A DNA stretch of 64,000 bases, taken from positions 1,536,001 through 1,600,000 of the forward strand of contig CAWDXG010000004.1 of NCBI GenBank assembly GCA_963806225.1. Reading direction: 5' to 3'. The translations under genes and the position numbers were made by a program. Under the pieces are notes generated by a model. That model was not told the DNA's origin. It was given only the letters and a program-made list of their open reading frames with translations, and made no database searches. Position 1 is the first letter of the stretch. Each line of letters opens with the position of its first letter. Positions 9,801 through 21,136 of the stretch are shown one piece after another. Source of the DNA: an uncultured delta proteobacterium (GTDB taxonomy: Bacteria > Myxococcota_A > Polyangia > Polyangiales > Polyangiaceae).

Positions 9801-12800
9801 GACGCTCGAAGACCACCTGCCGCTGGGCAGCGTCGATGCTCTCCTCGGCGCGCGCCCGCTCCAGCGCGTCGATGGCCGTGCCCAGCTCGCCACGCCCCTC
9901 CTGCGCCTCTGCCACGTCCAGCAGCGCCTGCACCCGGGCGCCCGCGGGCACCGCGTCGAGCAGCCGGGAGGGCAGGTCGGGATCGCCGCTCGAATGGGCG
10001 GCTCGTTCCGCACGACGGACGAGCTCCGCGTCTTCCGGATCGCGGAGCGCGGCGTGCACCAGAAGCCGAGCCGAGACCTGCTCGTCGCCGAGCGCTCCGG
10101 CGACCACGGAGCCGAGCTCGGCCAGCGCGCGACCGACGTTCGAGAATGGCTGCCGCGCGAGATCGGCGACGCGCCCCACGAAGGCCTCCGCGGCGTCGCG
10201 GTCCTGGGCGATCCGGCCAGCTTGCGGCAGGAGCCGCGAAAATTCTTCCACGTCGGCATCGCAGTGCGCGGCTCTATCCAGCGCCTACAGCGCCAGGCTC
10301 ACCGAGTCGAAGCTCTCGAGGGCCCCGTAGGCGGCTTCGACTGCGACACGTGCGCCTTCGGGGCCGTCCAGGCGCGGCAGCATGCTGTCGAGCGCGCGCT
10401 TGAACCGGAGCTCGCCGATATCGCGATACTCCGGCGCCGCAGCCACGAGGTCCCGCAGGGCAACGCCGAGCGATTTCATCGTCTCCACCTCCGGACGGAC
10501 GGCGAACGCGCGCAGGAGCACCTCGACGCGCTGGCGTTTGCCCTCTTCGGTGGTGCCGGCGAACAAGGCCGCGCGGCGCAACCAGGCCGAACGCCGCTCG
10601 GCGCTTTCGCTCCGCGACGCTACGCGCTCCAGCGCCTGCACGAGCTCCGATCGAGTCGCCAATCCGCTCGGAGAGGCGAGCCGCCAGCACGAACGCGACG
10701 CCCTCGGCGGGCACCGCCTCGAACGCTGCGATCGCGTGGCCGAGGGCGCGCCCGTGCTCGCCGCGCCGCTCGAGCTGGCGCGCCGCGCGGTAGTGGACGG
10801 CTCGCTCGCCGTAGCAGCCGAGCGCGGCATCCGCGAGACCGGAATAGATGCTTTGCAGCTGATCGATGTCCCCGGGCCCCGCGCTGCGCTCGGCGACGGC
10901 CAGCACGTCGGCGCGTGCGGGATCCAGCGCCAGCGCGCGCGCCGAGATCGACAGCGCACGCGGCGAGTCGCCGGAATGCAGCGCCATGGTCGCCGCTTCG
11001 GCGAGCACGCGCGCCGCGTCCAGGGTGTCGGTGCGGGACGCCGCCAGCTCCTCCAGCCGCGAGAGCGCCTCTTCGTAGCCTCCGAACGCCAGCAGATCGC
11101 GGGCGAACCGCGACACGCCCCGTTCGGGCAGAAGAGCTGCCGCCCGCTGCCAGGCGTGCACCGCTCCGGAAGAATCGCCGGCCAGATCCCACAGCGCCGC
11201 ACCGTACTCGCGCCAGGCGCGGGCGGCGCCCTCGACATCGGCGCCGGACATGCCACTCAGCGCTTCGGCGCGCACCTCCAGCAGGCACAGATCGCCATCC
11301 GAGTTGCGCGGTGGCGGGCAGCGCTCGAGCGCCGCCAGCACCAGGCCGGGATCGGCGCCTTCGTGTATCGCGCGCGCCAGTGTCCGCGCTGCGCCATCCG
11401 CGTCGCCCGCCGACCCGCGCCGGCGCGCGAGATCGAGCAGCAGGTCGGCGCGATCGAGTCCCGGCGAGCCGGCCGCCAGCCAGCGTTCGATCACCGCAAT
11501 CGCGAGCCCCCGCTCGCCGAGCTCATCGGCCACCTCGAGCACCACGTCGCGCAACTCCCCCACCCTCGGCCCCACGACATCGAGCACCCGCCGGGCGAGT
11601 GCGGTCGCGCGCGCAGGTTCAAGGCGCGCCAGGCGCCTGAGCGCGGCGCACAGAGGCTTTCCCAGCTCCACGATCGGTTGCGGCTGCGACAGGAGCCAGG
11701 CGAGCGCGTCCGAAAGCCGCGCCGCATCGCCGTGGCGGGTCACGCGCTCGAGCAGCGCGGCCAGAGCGGCCGGGTCACCGGGGCGCAGCGCGAGCCAACG
11801 CTGCGTCCACGCGAGGGCCAGGAGCGGCTCGTCCAGATCCTCGTGAGCATCGGCCAGCGCTGCGCACAGCCTGGCGCGCGGCACCACGACGCCCATCGCG
11901 CGCTCGATCGCCTGGGTGTCGGACGGATCCCGACGCTCGAGCGCAATCGCAGCGAGAGCGGCGGCAGGACGCGCCAGCGACGGATCCGCGTGGGCCGCCT
12001 GCTGCGCCGCAGCGCGAGCGGCGTCGGGCTCGCCTGCCGAAAGGAGGCATTCGGCGGCGACGCTGCACAGCACGGCGCGCAGGGTCGGCGGCAAGGGCGA
12101 CGCGATCCGCAGCAGCGCCTCGGCCCGCGTCCGCGAATCCCCGAGCTGGGCGGCTAGCAGCAGCGCCATGCTCCATGCGTGACCGTGCGCGCCACCGCCG
12201 CCGAGCAACGGCCGGAGCCCGGACAGCGCTCCATCCAGGTCGCCACGACGTCGACGCAGCGTCGCGAGCAGGATGCGGCTCCGTTCCTCGTCTCCGCCGA
12301 GAGCGCCGCGCTCCAGTTCGCTTTGCAGCAGCGCCTCCAGCTCTTCCAGCCGCCCCACCCGGAGCAAAGTGCGTTCCAGCGCGAGCCGCCAGCTCCGTTC
12401 CCCGGGGAACAGGCGCACGAGCTGCAGCAGCACGGCGATGTAGGCCTCGCCCGAATCGGGGCGCCCGCGCAGGATCGCCGCCACGCTCCGGAGTGCGTCG
12501 CCGCGCTCCTCGTCGCTGGGCGCAGCGTCGGCCTCGGCCCGGGCCTTGGCGAGCGACTCGTCCTGAAGCCTCACGCGCTGCGCGAGGCGTGCGGCCGCCT
12601 CGCGATGTTCGGCATCGTCGCGAGCCTGCCCGGACATCCGCCCGACCGCCCACAATGCAAGCGCCGGATCGGATAGGCGTTGCTCCGCGAGCACCGCCAG
12701 CTCCTGCAGACAGGCGGCCCTCGCCGAGGCGTGATCCGCGGACTCGACCAGCCCGACCCTGATCAGGGCTTCGACCAGCGGAGCCTGGTCGCGCAGGCTG

Positions 12801-14041
12801 GCCGCGTGATCGCGCAACAGCGCCTTGGCGTCCTCGTTCGACGGATCGGCGATGAGCGCCTCCATCCAGGCTTCCACCGCGCGATCGGGACTGGCAAGCG
12901 GACCGGCGTACAGCCGTCCGAGCTCGACGCGGTGCCGCGCGGCGTCTGCGCCGGACAGCGTGTCGCTCTCGAGCTCCACGCGAGCGGAGAGCAGCTCGTG
13001 CAGACCGGCGCGATCGAGCAGCACGCCGAACGGCGTCGTACCGGCTCCGGGATGCCGCTGGCGGGCCGCGAGCGCACGCCATCCGTCCCCGGGGTCCACG
13101 ACCGCATCGAGACCGGCGTCGAACGCCGCCCCGATCGCGCGCGGAACGTCTCCGCGGTCGGCCAGATCCGCGAGCCGCGCGAGGTGGACCGCGCGCGAGC
13201 CGTCGCCGCTGGCGCGCGCGTGCTCGCGGATCACCTCGTCCGCCGCGCCGACCCGACCACGCGTCGCGAGGGCTCGCGCAAGCTGCTCCGCAGCTTCGGG
13301 CAGCGCTGGCGACATCTCGAAAGCGCGCAGCAGATCCTCGAACGCGCTGCCGCGCTCGTCTCGTGCTTCGCGGCGGCGTGCAGCGAGGAGATAGGCCCGC
13401 GCCGCGCGCTCGCCGGGCACGGCGGCCTCGGCCCACGCTCCCAGCGCACCGAGCAGCTCGGCGGCAACGGGATCGTTGTCGTCCAGTTCAGAGGCCTGCG
13501 CCAGCACGTCGGCCGCGGCGGCAGCGTCGGCGGCACGCGCCAACAGCGCACCCATTCTCGACAGCGTGCGGCGCGCCACCGAACCGGTCTGCTCCGCGGC
13601 CAGCGGCCGGAGCGTTGCCGCAGCCAGCGCGGGTTCGCCGAGTCCCGCGAACCAACCGGACAGCTCTTCGCGGAGCTCCGGGTCTTCGCCCAGCAGAAGC
13701 GCGCGGCGCGCGAGGCGGGTGGCGGAGTCCAGCTCCGCGCCGCGCCTCGCCAACAGACGCGCGAGCGCCGAGGCCACCTGGCGCTCCGCGTCCACATCGC
13801 CGGCCGCGTGGCTCTCGGCGAGCCGCGCGGAGAGGTAGCCCTGTTCGGCGCGCGGGCCCATGCGCCGGGAGACCGGGGGGTCCGCTTCCCGCCGCTCGAG
13901 CGCCAGGGACGCGGCCGATCGCGGGCCTTCCGCACGCGTCCATTCGGGAGGCGGCAGCGTGGACCGGTGCCCGCCCGGCGCGGTGCCCCCGGCAGGAGAT
14001 CCGGCTTTCTCCTCGAAATCGGATGAATGTGGCGGAGTCAT
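6814..14041 (-). CDS. Giant (~2400 aa) TPR-repeat protein, split by apparent frameshifts near 10280 and 10660
   Basis: Ala/Leu/Arg/Glu helical TPR-like repeats continue across ORFs 10274..14041, part of 10285..11256 and 6814..10251; C-terminal RRAGLFVTGDL...DLVRLAVGSEY domain. Confidence 0.7.
8054..8240 (-). repeat. 33-bp coding tandem repeat (RAS[TV]PPPGSSP, about 5.5 copies)
   Basis: Unit ggcggcaccgaggcgcgcggcgagctgcccgga and variants repeated head to tail. Confidence 0.9.
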
Positions 14042-14172
14042 CGGGAAAGGTGGGACCGCCGGAGCGGACCCTGACGAGGGGACAATATCGCGAATCCGGG
14101 GGTTGTCCCCGCCCGGTGTCGCGGTCTAGCCTCCTCTGGTACCGCGGATTGATCCGCGATGGAGGCACAACC

Positions 14173-15234
14173 ATGCGAAAGCCTATCCTTTCGGCCCCGA
14201 TCTCCCGCTTGGCCGCCGCCCTGGTGGCTGGCTCCCTGGCGAGCACGGCGCTGGTCCCCCTGGCCCATGCGCAGAAGGCTGGGACGGAAGCCAAGAAGGA
14301 CGCCGCCAAGAAGCCGGACAAGAAGACCCGCGACGCCGCGCGAAAGGCCTACGGCGCCGGCGAGAAGGCCTACGGCGCCGGGAACTACACGGAGGCGCTC
14401 GACAACTTCAAGCAGGCCAACAGCCTCATCCCGTCGCCCCACGCCGAGTACTGGATCGCGATGTGCCTGGACAAGGAGGGCAAGAGCGCCGAGGCCTACG
14501 CGGCGTTCAAGAAGTTCTTCGACAACCCCGGTGCCGACAAGGTGGGCGACGAGAAGATGTCGACCGCGAAGGAGGCATTCGGCAAGCTGAAGAGCACTCC
14601 GGGCGAGGTCGACTTCAAGACCACGCCCGCGGGAGCCACGATCAGCGTCGACGGCCAGGCGCAGATGGGCGAGACGCCGATGACCGTGAAGATCCCTCCG
14701 GGGGATCACAAGATCGAGGTCTCGGCGCCCGGGTACACGAAGCAGAAGATGGACCTCAGCGTCGCGCCCGGCGAAAAGCAGGAGCAGGCCGTCACGCTGG
14801 AAGCCTCGGCAGCTCCGCCCGCTGCCGCCGCGGCACCCGCTGCGGCAGCGCCGGAAGCGCCGCCGAGCGAGCCCCCGGCGCCCCCGCCGAAGAAGAGCAA
14901 GGTTCCGGCCTATGTGACGCTGGGCATCGCGGGCGCCGGCTTGATCGTCGGCGGCATCTTCGGCGTCAAGGCGCTGGGCGACAAGAGCAAGTACAACGAC
15001 AACCCGACGAACGACCGTGCCGACACGACCGAGCGCGACGCGCTGATCGCCGACATGGCGTTCGGTGTCGCCATCACGCTGGGCGTCACGGGCGTGGTGC
15101 TGCTGACCAGTTCCAGCTCGGGCGCCGCCAAGAGCGATTCGGCACAGAACAAGCTGCCGGCGAAGGCGACGCTGAACGTCGCCCCCTACATGTCGGCGCA
15201 CGGCGGCGGCGCCGCAGCGCGGCTGACTTTCTAG
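14173..15234 (+). CDS. PEGA domain-containing TPR protein
   Basis: Signal peptide, TPR (AYGAGNYTEALDNFKQA), PEGA (TTPAGATISVDGQ..GETP...PGDHKIEVSAPGY), C-terminal hydrophobic segments ending LTF; GGAGG RBS. Confidence 0.88.
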   Translation: MRKPILSAPISRLAAALVAGSLASTALVPLAHAQKAGTEAKKDAAKKPDKKTRDAARKAYGAGEKAYGAGNYTEALDNFKQANSLIPSPHAEYWIAMCLDKEGKSAEAYAAFKKFFDNPGADKVGDEKMSTAKEAFGKLKSTPGEVDFKTTPAGATISVDGQAQMGETPMTVKIPPGDHKIEVSAPGYTKQKMDLSVAPGEKQEQAVTLEASAAPPAAAAAPAAAAPEAPPSEPPAPPPKKSKVPAYVTLGIAGAGLIVGGIFGVKALGDKSKYNDNPTNDRADTTERDALIADMAFGVAITLGVTGVVLLTSSSSGAAKSDSAQNKLPAKATLNVAPYMSAHGGGAAARLTF

Positions 15235-15850
15235 CATCCCGCCCGCCCACCCCCGGCCCCCTCACGCGATTCGCTTCGCTGCGCCGGGGCTCGCTTCGCT
15301 CGCCCTACGGCAATGGGCGGGTTGGATGGTTTGTGTCCCGCCCGCCCACCCCCACCGGAATCCTCCCGGGGGGCTTGGCCCCCCGAGCCCCCCTCACGCG
15401 ATTCGCTTCGCTCATCGCGGGCTTGCTTCGCTGCGCCGGGGCTCGCTTCGCTCGCCCTACGGCGGTGGGCGGGGGCTCGCTTCGCTTTGCCCTACGGCAA
15501 TGGGCGGGTTGGATGGTTTGTGTCCCGCCCGCCCACCCCCACCGGAATCCTCCCGGGGGGCTTGGCCCCCCGAGCCCCCCTCACGCGATTCGCTTCGCTC
15601 ATCGCGGGCTTGCTTCGCTGCGCCGGGGCGTGGGGCGGCGTGAGATGGGTTGCGGACTGACGTGCCGCGCCGGACGTCTCCCCCACTCGCGCGCAGCCGG
15701 AGGCGAGCACGAGTTTGGGGGAGACCGCAGGCGCGCAGGCGAAGCCGAGCACCTGCGAGTGGGGGCACCCCTACGCCCACCCCCGCCGGAGTCCTCCGCC
15801 GGGGGCTCACCGCCCCCGGACCCCCGACGCGATTCGCTTCGCTCGCCCTA
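15235..15850 (+). repeat. Intergenic REP/BIME-like mosaic
   Basis: About 141-bp direct repeat (15302-15442 and 15489-15629, period 187) plus many GCTCGCTTCGCT(C/T) modules; same modules recur at 38.1-38.6 kb. Confidence 0.85.
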
Positions 15851-17176
15851 GCTGTCGAAGCGCTGTTTGATCGCGTCGACCACCTGGCCGTAGTCGGCGT
15901 CGAGCATCACGGGCGGGTTGGCGAGATCGCCGCTCACACCCTCGATCTGCCGTTCGTGGTAGCGGACCTTGAACTCGGTGAACTTCAGGCCGTTTGCTGT
16001 CGAGACGCAGACGACCCGTTCGCCCCTCTTGATGGTGCCGCGCGAGACCAGCTTCTCGAGCACGGCGAGGCCGACCGCGGTGTGGGGGCACGTGTACAGG
16101 CCGGTGCGGTCGGCGCGTGCGGCCGCGTCGCAGAGCTCCTGCTCGCTGGCTTGTTCGACGATCCCGTCCATTGCATCGAGTGCGCGCATGGCGCGCGGCG
16201 CGCTGACGGGATTGCCGATCTGGATAGCCGTCGCCTGCGTCGGCTGGGCCACGATCGGCTCGACCTCGCGCTTGCCCGCGCTCCAGGCGCGATACAGCGG
16301 GTTGGCATTCTCCGCCTGCGCTACGACCAGGCGCGGAAAGCGCGTGACGACGCCGAGCTCGCGCATCATGTGGAAGCCGGCGTGAAGCGCCGAGGCGTTG
16401 CCCAGGTTGCCGCTCGGCAGGATGATCCAGTCCGGTACGTCCCAGTCGAACTGCTGGACGATCTCGATGCCGACCGTCTTCTGACCCTCGAGGCGGAGCG
16501 GGTTCATCGAGTTGGCGAGATAGACGATGCCCTCCTCGGCGAGCTGCGTAACGATCGTCATGCAGCCGTCGAAGTCGGTGTCGAGCCCGAGCACCAGCGC
16601 TCCGTGCGCCAGCGGCTGCACGAGCTGGGCTGTGGAAATCCGCCCGCGCGGCAGCAGCACCACGACGGGCAACCCGGCGGCGGCTCCGTACGCCGCCAGC
16701 GACGCGCTGGTGTCGCCGGTGGAGGCGCAGGCCAACGCCTTCACGTCGAGTCCGCGCTTCAGAGCCAGCCGGACGACGCTGACGAGCACCGTCATGCCCA
16801 GATCCTTGAAGGAGCCGCTGTGGCTGTTTCCGCAGAGCTTCACCCACAGGTCGTCCAGGCCGAGCTCCTTGCCGTAGCGCTCCGCCCAGAACAGATTCGT
16901 TCCCCCCTCGTAGGTGCTGACCACCAGCTCGTCGGGCAGCTCCGGCATCACCCACTCGCGCTTGCCCCACACCCCCGAGCCGTACGGCCATTGGCTGATC
17001 TTGTAGCGATCGTCGAACAGCTTCATCCATGCAGCGCCGCTGCGCTCGCGGAGCGCGTCGAGGTCGTGCGCGACCTCGAGCAGGCCGCCGCAGGTCGGGC
17101 AGTGGTACATGGCCTCGGTCACCGGCCACGAGCCGTCGCAACCGGCGAAGCATTGGAAACGCGCGGAATAGCTCAC
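15848..17176 (-). CDS. thrC: Threonine synthase
   Basis: EGGTNL, PLP-lysine motif [52 protein letters not shown]. Confidence 0.95.
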   Translation of the reverse strand: MSYSARFQCFAGCDGSWPVTEAMYHCPTCGGLLEVAHDLDALRERSGAAWMKLFDDRYKISQWPYGSGVWGKREWVMPELPDELVVSTYEGGTNLFWAERYGKELGLDDLWVKLCGNSHSGSFKDLGMTVLVSVVRLALKRGLDVKALACASTGDTSASLAAYGAAAGLPVVVLLPRGRISTAQLVQPLAHGALVLGLDTDFDGCMTIVTQLAEEGIVYLANSMNPLRLEGQKTVGIEIVQQFDWDVPDWIILPSGNLGNASALHAGFHMMRELGVVTRFPRLVVAQAENANPLYRAWSAGKREVEPIVAQPTQATAIQIGNPVSAPRAMRALDAMDGIVEQASEQELCDAAARADRTGLYTCPHTAVGLAVLEKLVSRGTIKRGERVVCVSTANGLKFTEFKVRYHERQIEGVSGDLANPPVMLDADYGQVVDAIKQRFDS

Positions 17177-17309
17177 GACGCGCACTATATCGCCTGGTCG
17201 GAGACGGGCGAGGTCGTCGGTCCGGCCTGCTGGCCTGGGCACCTACCGGCTATGGACCGCCACGACCGGCTTGGCTTAACCAAGCCGAATCCGGGCCGTC
17301 CTATCGGGC

Positions 17310-19046
17310 GTGGCTAGCGATCCCATCACACGGATGCCCGGGATGCCGCTCGCGACGATGTCGGGCGAGGACCCGGAATTGCGCGTGAAATCAGGTGCCT
17401 CGGAAGTGCCGGCGCCCCTCCCGGAAGCAGCGCGGACCGATGGGGCGCTGGACGACCGCCAGCTCCGCGATCACCTCCGGCAGGTGCTTCGGGGCTCGGT
17501 GCCGGTCGACCAGTCCGAGCTGTACATAGTCGAGCCGGCAGGAGTCCGCCGTTTCGGAACGGACGCGTTCCCCCCACAGCCCTGGCCCGCCGCGAGCTCC
17601 CGGCTCAGGGCAAGCCTCGAGCGCGCGCAGGCCTTCCACGAACCCCGCCTGTCGTCGCTGCTGCCCGGCGAGGGCATCGCGCTCGGCGATGGCATGCGGA
17701 GCGCCTGGTATCTGCCACTCGTCACGCATGGCACACTGGTCGGCATCGTCGCTCTGTACGCCGCTTCGCCCGGCGCCTACGACGGCGCCGACGCGAACGG
17801 ACTGGCGCCGCTTCTGGGGATCGTCGCCTCGCTCGTGGCGGAGCGTCAACTCAGGAATCGCGAACAGCAGGTCCGGCAAGCACAGACCGAGCTCGCCGCC
17901 ACCGACAAGCTCTCCGCGCTCGCGCAGTTCGCCGAGGGCGTGGCCCACGAGGTGAACAACCCCGCTGCCTACGTGCTGGCCAACCTGGAGCACGTGCGGA
18001 CGCTGATCGAGCAGCGGGCGGACGCATGGGACGAGGCGCTGCACGCGGTCGACGCGGGCGTGGAAGGGATGCGCCGCATCCGCGACGTGCTCGGTGATCT
18101 CTCTCTGCTGTCGCACGGCACGGAAGAGGCCGTCGAGGCGGTGGACGTGAACCGCGTCGTACGCGCCGTGGTCGGGATGACCTCGTACCAGGTCTCGATG
18201 CGGGCGCGTGTCGAGCTCGACCTCGGACCCGTCGCGCCCATCGCGTCGAACCAGGCCCGTCTGACACAGGTACTGCTCGACCTGGTGCTCAACGCGAGCC
18301 AGGCCTGCTCGCCGGACAGCCCCGAGCTGAACGTCATCCACATACGCACGCGAGCCGGCGAGGGACACGTGAACGTGTCCGTGTCGGACACGGGCTCGGG
18401 CATTCCGCCCGAGCAGCTGCCGCACATCTTCGAACCGTTCTTCACCACCAAGCCCACCGGTCAGGGTTCCGGGCTCGCGCTCGCGCTCGCGCGGGCGCTG
18501 GTCCGCGGTCTCGGCGGACGCATCCGTTTCGATACGCGGCACGGCGTCGGCACCACGTTCACGGTCGAGCTGCCCGACGCGCGCCCCGCCACTGGCCACG
18601 CTCGCGTCAGCCATGCCTCGCCGGTGGCCGCGCCGTTGCGGCCGCGCGTGTTGCTCGTCGACGACGAGGCGGGGATCCGCCGGGCGCTGCAGCGCGCATT
18701 GAAACGGCGGAACGAGGTGACGGCGGTCGGCAGCGGCGAGGAAGCCATCCAGCTGCTCCGGAACGGCATGGCTGTCGAGCTTGTGATCTCGGACCTGCTG
18801 CTTCCCGGCACGAACGGCATCGACATCCATGCGTTCATCGAACGGGAACGCCCGGAGCTCTTGCGCCGGACGCTGTTCCTCACCGGAGGCGCGACGACGC
18901 GCGATGCACGCAGGTTCATGGCGGAACATCCGGACTCCGTGCTCGTCAAGCCGGTCGAAGCATCCCGCCTGGATGCGATCGTCCAGTCCGTCGCGCACGG
19001 CGCCTCGGTGCGCCGCGCGATCGAGCAGACCCGCTCCGGTGCCTGA
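17310..19046 (+). CDS. GAF-sensor hybrid histidine kinase/response regulator (start uncertain)
   Basis: GAF-like LPLVTHGTLVGIV; H-box AHEVNNP; DTGSGIP, FEPFFTTK, GSGL; receiver LLVDDE...ISDLLLP...KP. Confidence 0.9.
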   Translation: MASDPITRMPGMPLATMSGEDPELRVKSGASEVPAPLPEAARTDGALDDRQLRDHLRQVLRGSVPVDQSELYIVEPAGVRRFGTDAFPPQPWPAASSRLRASLERAQAFHEPRLSSLLPGEGIALGDGMRSAWYLPLVTHGTLVGIVALYAASPGAYDGADANGLAPLLGIVASLVAERQLRNREQQVRQAQTELAATDKLSALAQFAEGVAHEVNNPAAYVLANLEHVRTLIEQRADAWDEALHAVDAGVEGMRRIRDVLGDLSLLSHGTEEAVEAVDVNRVVRAVVGMTSYQVSMRARVELDLGPVAPIASNQARLTQVLLDLVLNASQACSPDSPELNVIHIRTRAGEGHVNVSVSDTGSGIPPEQLPHIFEPFFTTKPTGQGSGLALALARALVRGLGGRIRFDTRHGVGTTFTVELPDARPATGHARVSHASPVAAPLRPRVLLVDDEAGIRRALQRALKRRNEVTAVGSGEEAIQLLRNGMAVELVISDLLLPGTNGIDIHAFIERERPELLRRTLFLTGGATTRDARRFMAEHPDSVLVKPVEASRLDAIVQSVAHGASVRRAIEQTRSGA

Positions 19047-19048
19047 AG

Positions 19049-21094
19049 CTACGGTGCCGGCACGCGCCCCTTCGGGTCGTCGACGAGATTTCTGACGAAG
19101 CCGCTCGCCTGCTGCATCGCCGCCGGGATGTCGAACACCACGAAGTGTCCGTCGCTCGCCTGCGAAGCGTGCCACTGCGCGAGCACACCCGACGCCGCGC
19201 CACCCGCAAGATTGCCGGACAGACCGCCCGCGGGGATGTCCACCGGCGAGAGATCACTCCACTTGTCCTCCGCGACAGGGTGGATGACCGGGTTCTCCGG
19301 CGGCAGCCCGAGCGCGACCGATTCCACCTCGATGGAGTGCGGGGGCGTGTAGTTGTCGCCGGTCCCGTCGGCCTCGACGCCTTCCGTCATCAGCACACTC
19401 TTGGGCGAAAAGCCCGACCGGGGATCGAGTACGATGTGCGGCACGTAGTGGATCGGATCGGTAGGGTCCACGATGGTCTGGATGAGCGAGATCCCGGGGT
19501 GGAAGGGATTCACCTCCTGCTGCTCGCTCACCGTGGCCAGCCCCATCAGCGTCTTGACGAGCCCGGCGACGTTGACCGGCTTCGTCTTCTCCAGGATCGA
19601 GATCGAGATCATGCTGCCCGAGCCGCTGAGCACGCCGCCGTGCGCCTGGTTGTCGATGGCCAGGAACATCGGTCCGTTGAGCCCGCCCTGCGAGTGGCCC
19701 ATGAACGTGAGCTCCTTGCCGTCGAACGCAATCGCCGAGCCCGTGCGCGACACTGCAGCAGGCACCTGGATGCCCGTTTCGGTGAACAGGCGCGCCTGCT
19801 GTACGACGTCGATCGCCGACTCGGGACCGTTGGCGCGCGCAGCCGTCGGGTTTTGCACGTTGAAGAAGATCAGGTCGAGGCTCGTGTTGCAGGGCGGCGA
19901 ATTGAGCGAGCAGGGCCCGCCCGGACGCGTGCCGTGGAAAATCTGGTCGATGCCCATCACCGCAATGCAGCGCTGCGCGAACGCCTTGGCCACACCGCTG
20001 CGGACGAAGGTCCGGTAGTCGCCACCCGTGCCGTGCGCGTAGAGCATGATCGGATAGCCGCCGGCCGGCGTCGGACAGGCCGTCGCGTTGGGCACGGACA
20101 GCGCGAAGCGCAGATTGAAATCGCGCTGCTTGACCGGGTTGCCGCTCGCGTCGAAAGCCAGCTCGCCGCCGTCGCCGTACTTGATGAACGGGATCTGCCC
20201 CTTCTGGAAGTCGGGCGAAGGTCCGTACTCCGCCTCGTACACGTCCATGTCCGTCGTCTGGTCCTTGGCCACCCAGGAGCCGGACGTCACGTCCGGCGCC
20301 GGATAGTTCTTCATCACCCAGTCGCGGATCTTGATCGTCTGCGCGACGGGGTCGTTCGTCGTGAAAACGGTGAAGTGCGCAATGTGGCGCTTGTCGATGC
20401 CGGCCTTCTCGATCTCGCCTACCGCACCGGAGAGCTTCTGGGCCGCAGAAGCCGTCGCTCCGCTCGCCGGATCGATGCCGAGCAGCTCGCGCACCGACCT
20501 GGACGCGACCACGCGACCGCCGTCGGCGTCCCGCACCTGGTCGGTGACCACGAGCGCGTAGCGCGTCGCCGGCCGGAGCGGATAGCCGAACGCGGGCATG
20601 AAGGCGAGCGTATCGGGCTGCCAGTAGGTGCCCTGTTCCGCGCGGAAGAACAGGGAGACGCGGTGGCGCATCCCGTGATCGGGCGAGGCGGGATCGATGT
20701 CGATGAGCTGCACGCTGCTGGCCAGATCGAGCGCGTCCAGCGGCGTTTTCGGCAGCGACGCCGGATCGAGATCGGCCGTGAAGCGCAGGAAGCCGCTGGC
20801 CGCCGGAGAGAAGCCGTGCAGAACGCCCTTCATCGACTGCACGTAGTCGTCGATGAGCGGCATCTTCCGCGGATTCGGGTAGCCCTGGAAGTCGACCGCG
20901 CCGTCCGCGTCGTAGCGCAGGTCGCTCGGCCAGGGCTGGTCGAAGAACGTCTCGCCCGAAAGTGCGTCCAGCGAGTCGGGCACCACGAAGATACTCTGCG
21001 TTCGAGCCGGCCCGCCGCCCGACTGGTCGCTGCCCGAACCGCAACCGCCCAGCACCAGGAGGATCGCCAACAAGCTCCAGGACAAGCGCTTCAT
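19049..21094 (-). CDS. Lipoprotein alpha/beta-hydrolase (lipase-like) with N-terminal Ig-like region
   Basis: Lipobox LGGC; PWPSD, YAHGTGG, nucleophile elbow GHSQGG, DPTDP, C-terminal GHF. Confidence 0.8.
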   Translation of the reverse strand: MKRLSWSLLAILLVLGGCGSGSDQSGGGPARTQSIFVVPDSLDALSGETFFDQPWPSDLRYDADGAVDFQGYPNPRKMPLIDDYVQSMKGVLHGFSPAASGFLRFTADLDPASLPKTPLDALDLASSVQLIDIDPASPDHGMRHRVSLFFRAEQGTYWQPDTLAFMPAFGYPLRPATRYALVVTDQVRDADGGRVVASRSVRELLGIDPASGATASAAQKLSGAVGEIEKAGIDKRHIAHFTVFTTNDPVAQTIKIRDWVMKNYPAPDVTSGSWVAKDQTTDMDVYEAEYGPSPDFQKGQIPFIKYGDGGELAFDASGNPVKQRDFNLRFALSVPNATACPTPAGGYPIMLYAHGTGGDYRTFVRSGVAKAFAQRCIAVMGIDQIFHGTRPGGPCSLNSPPCNTSLDLIFFNVQNPTAARANGPESAIDVVQQARLFTETGIQVPAAVSRTGSAIAFDGKELTFMGHSQGGLNGPMFLAIDNQAHGGVLSGSGSMISISILEKTKPVNVAGLVKTLMGLATVSEQQEVNPFHPGISLIQTIVDPTDPIHYVPHIVLDPRSGFSPKSVLMTEGVEADGTGDNYTPPHSIEVESVALGLPPENPVIHPVAEDKWSDLSPVDIPAGGLSGNLAGGAASGVLAQWHASQASDGHFVVFDIPAAMQQASGFVRNLVDDPKGRVPAP

Positions 21095-21136
21095 GGCCTA
21101 TGTTGTAGCGCGTTCCGTGGCCCCTTTGATCCTTTC

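Noticed and set aside
15313..15810. Short ORFs within the repeat mosaics (also 38232-38644)
   Set aside because: Translations simply mirror the DNA repeats; no RBS or protein-like composition.
19145..21136. Long + strand ORF portion antisense to the lipase, and many similar shadow ORFs
   Set aside because: High-GC antisense and off-frame ORFs with Arg/Ala/Pro-rich translations; the opposite frame carries the recognisable motifs.
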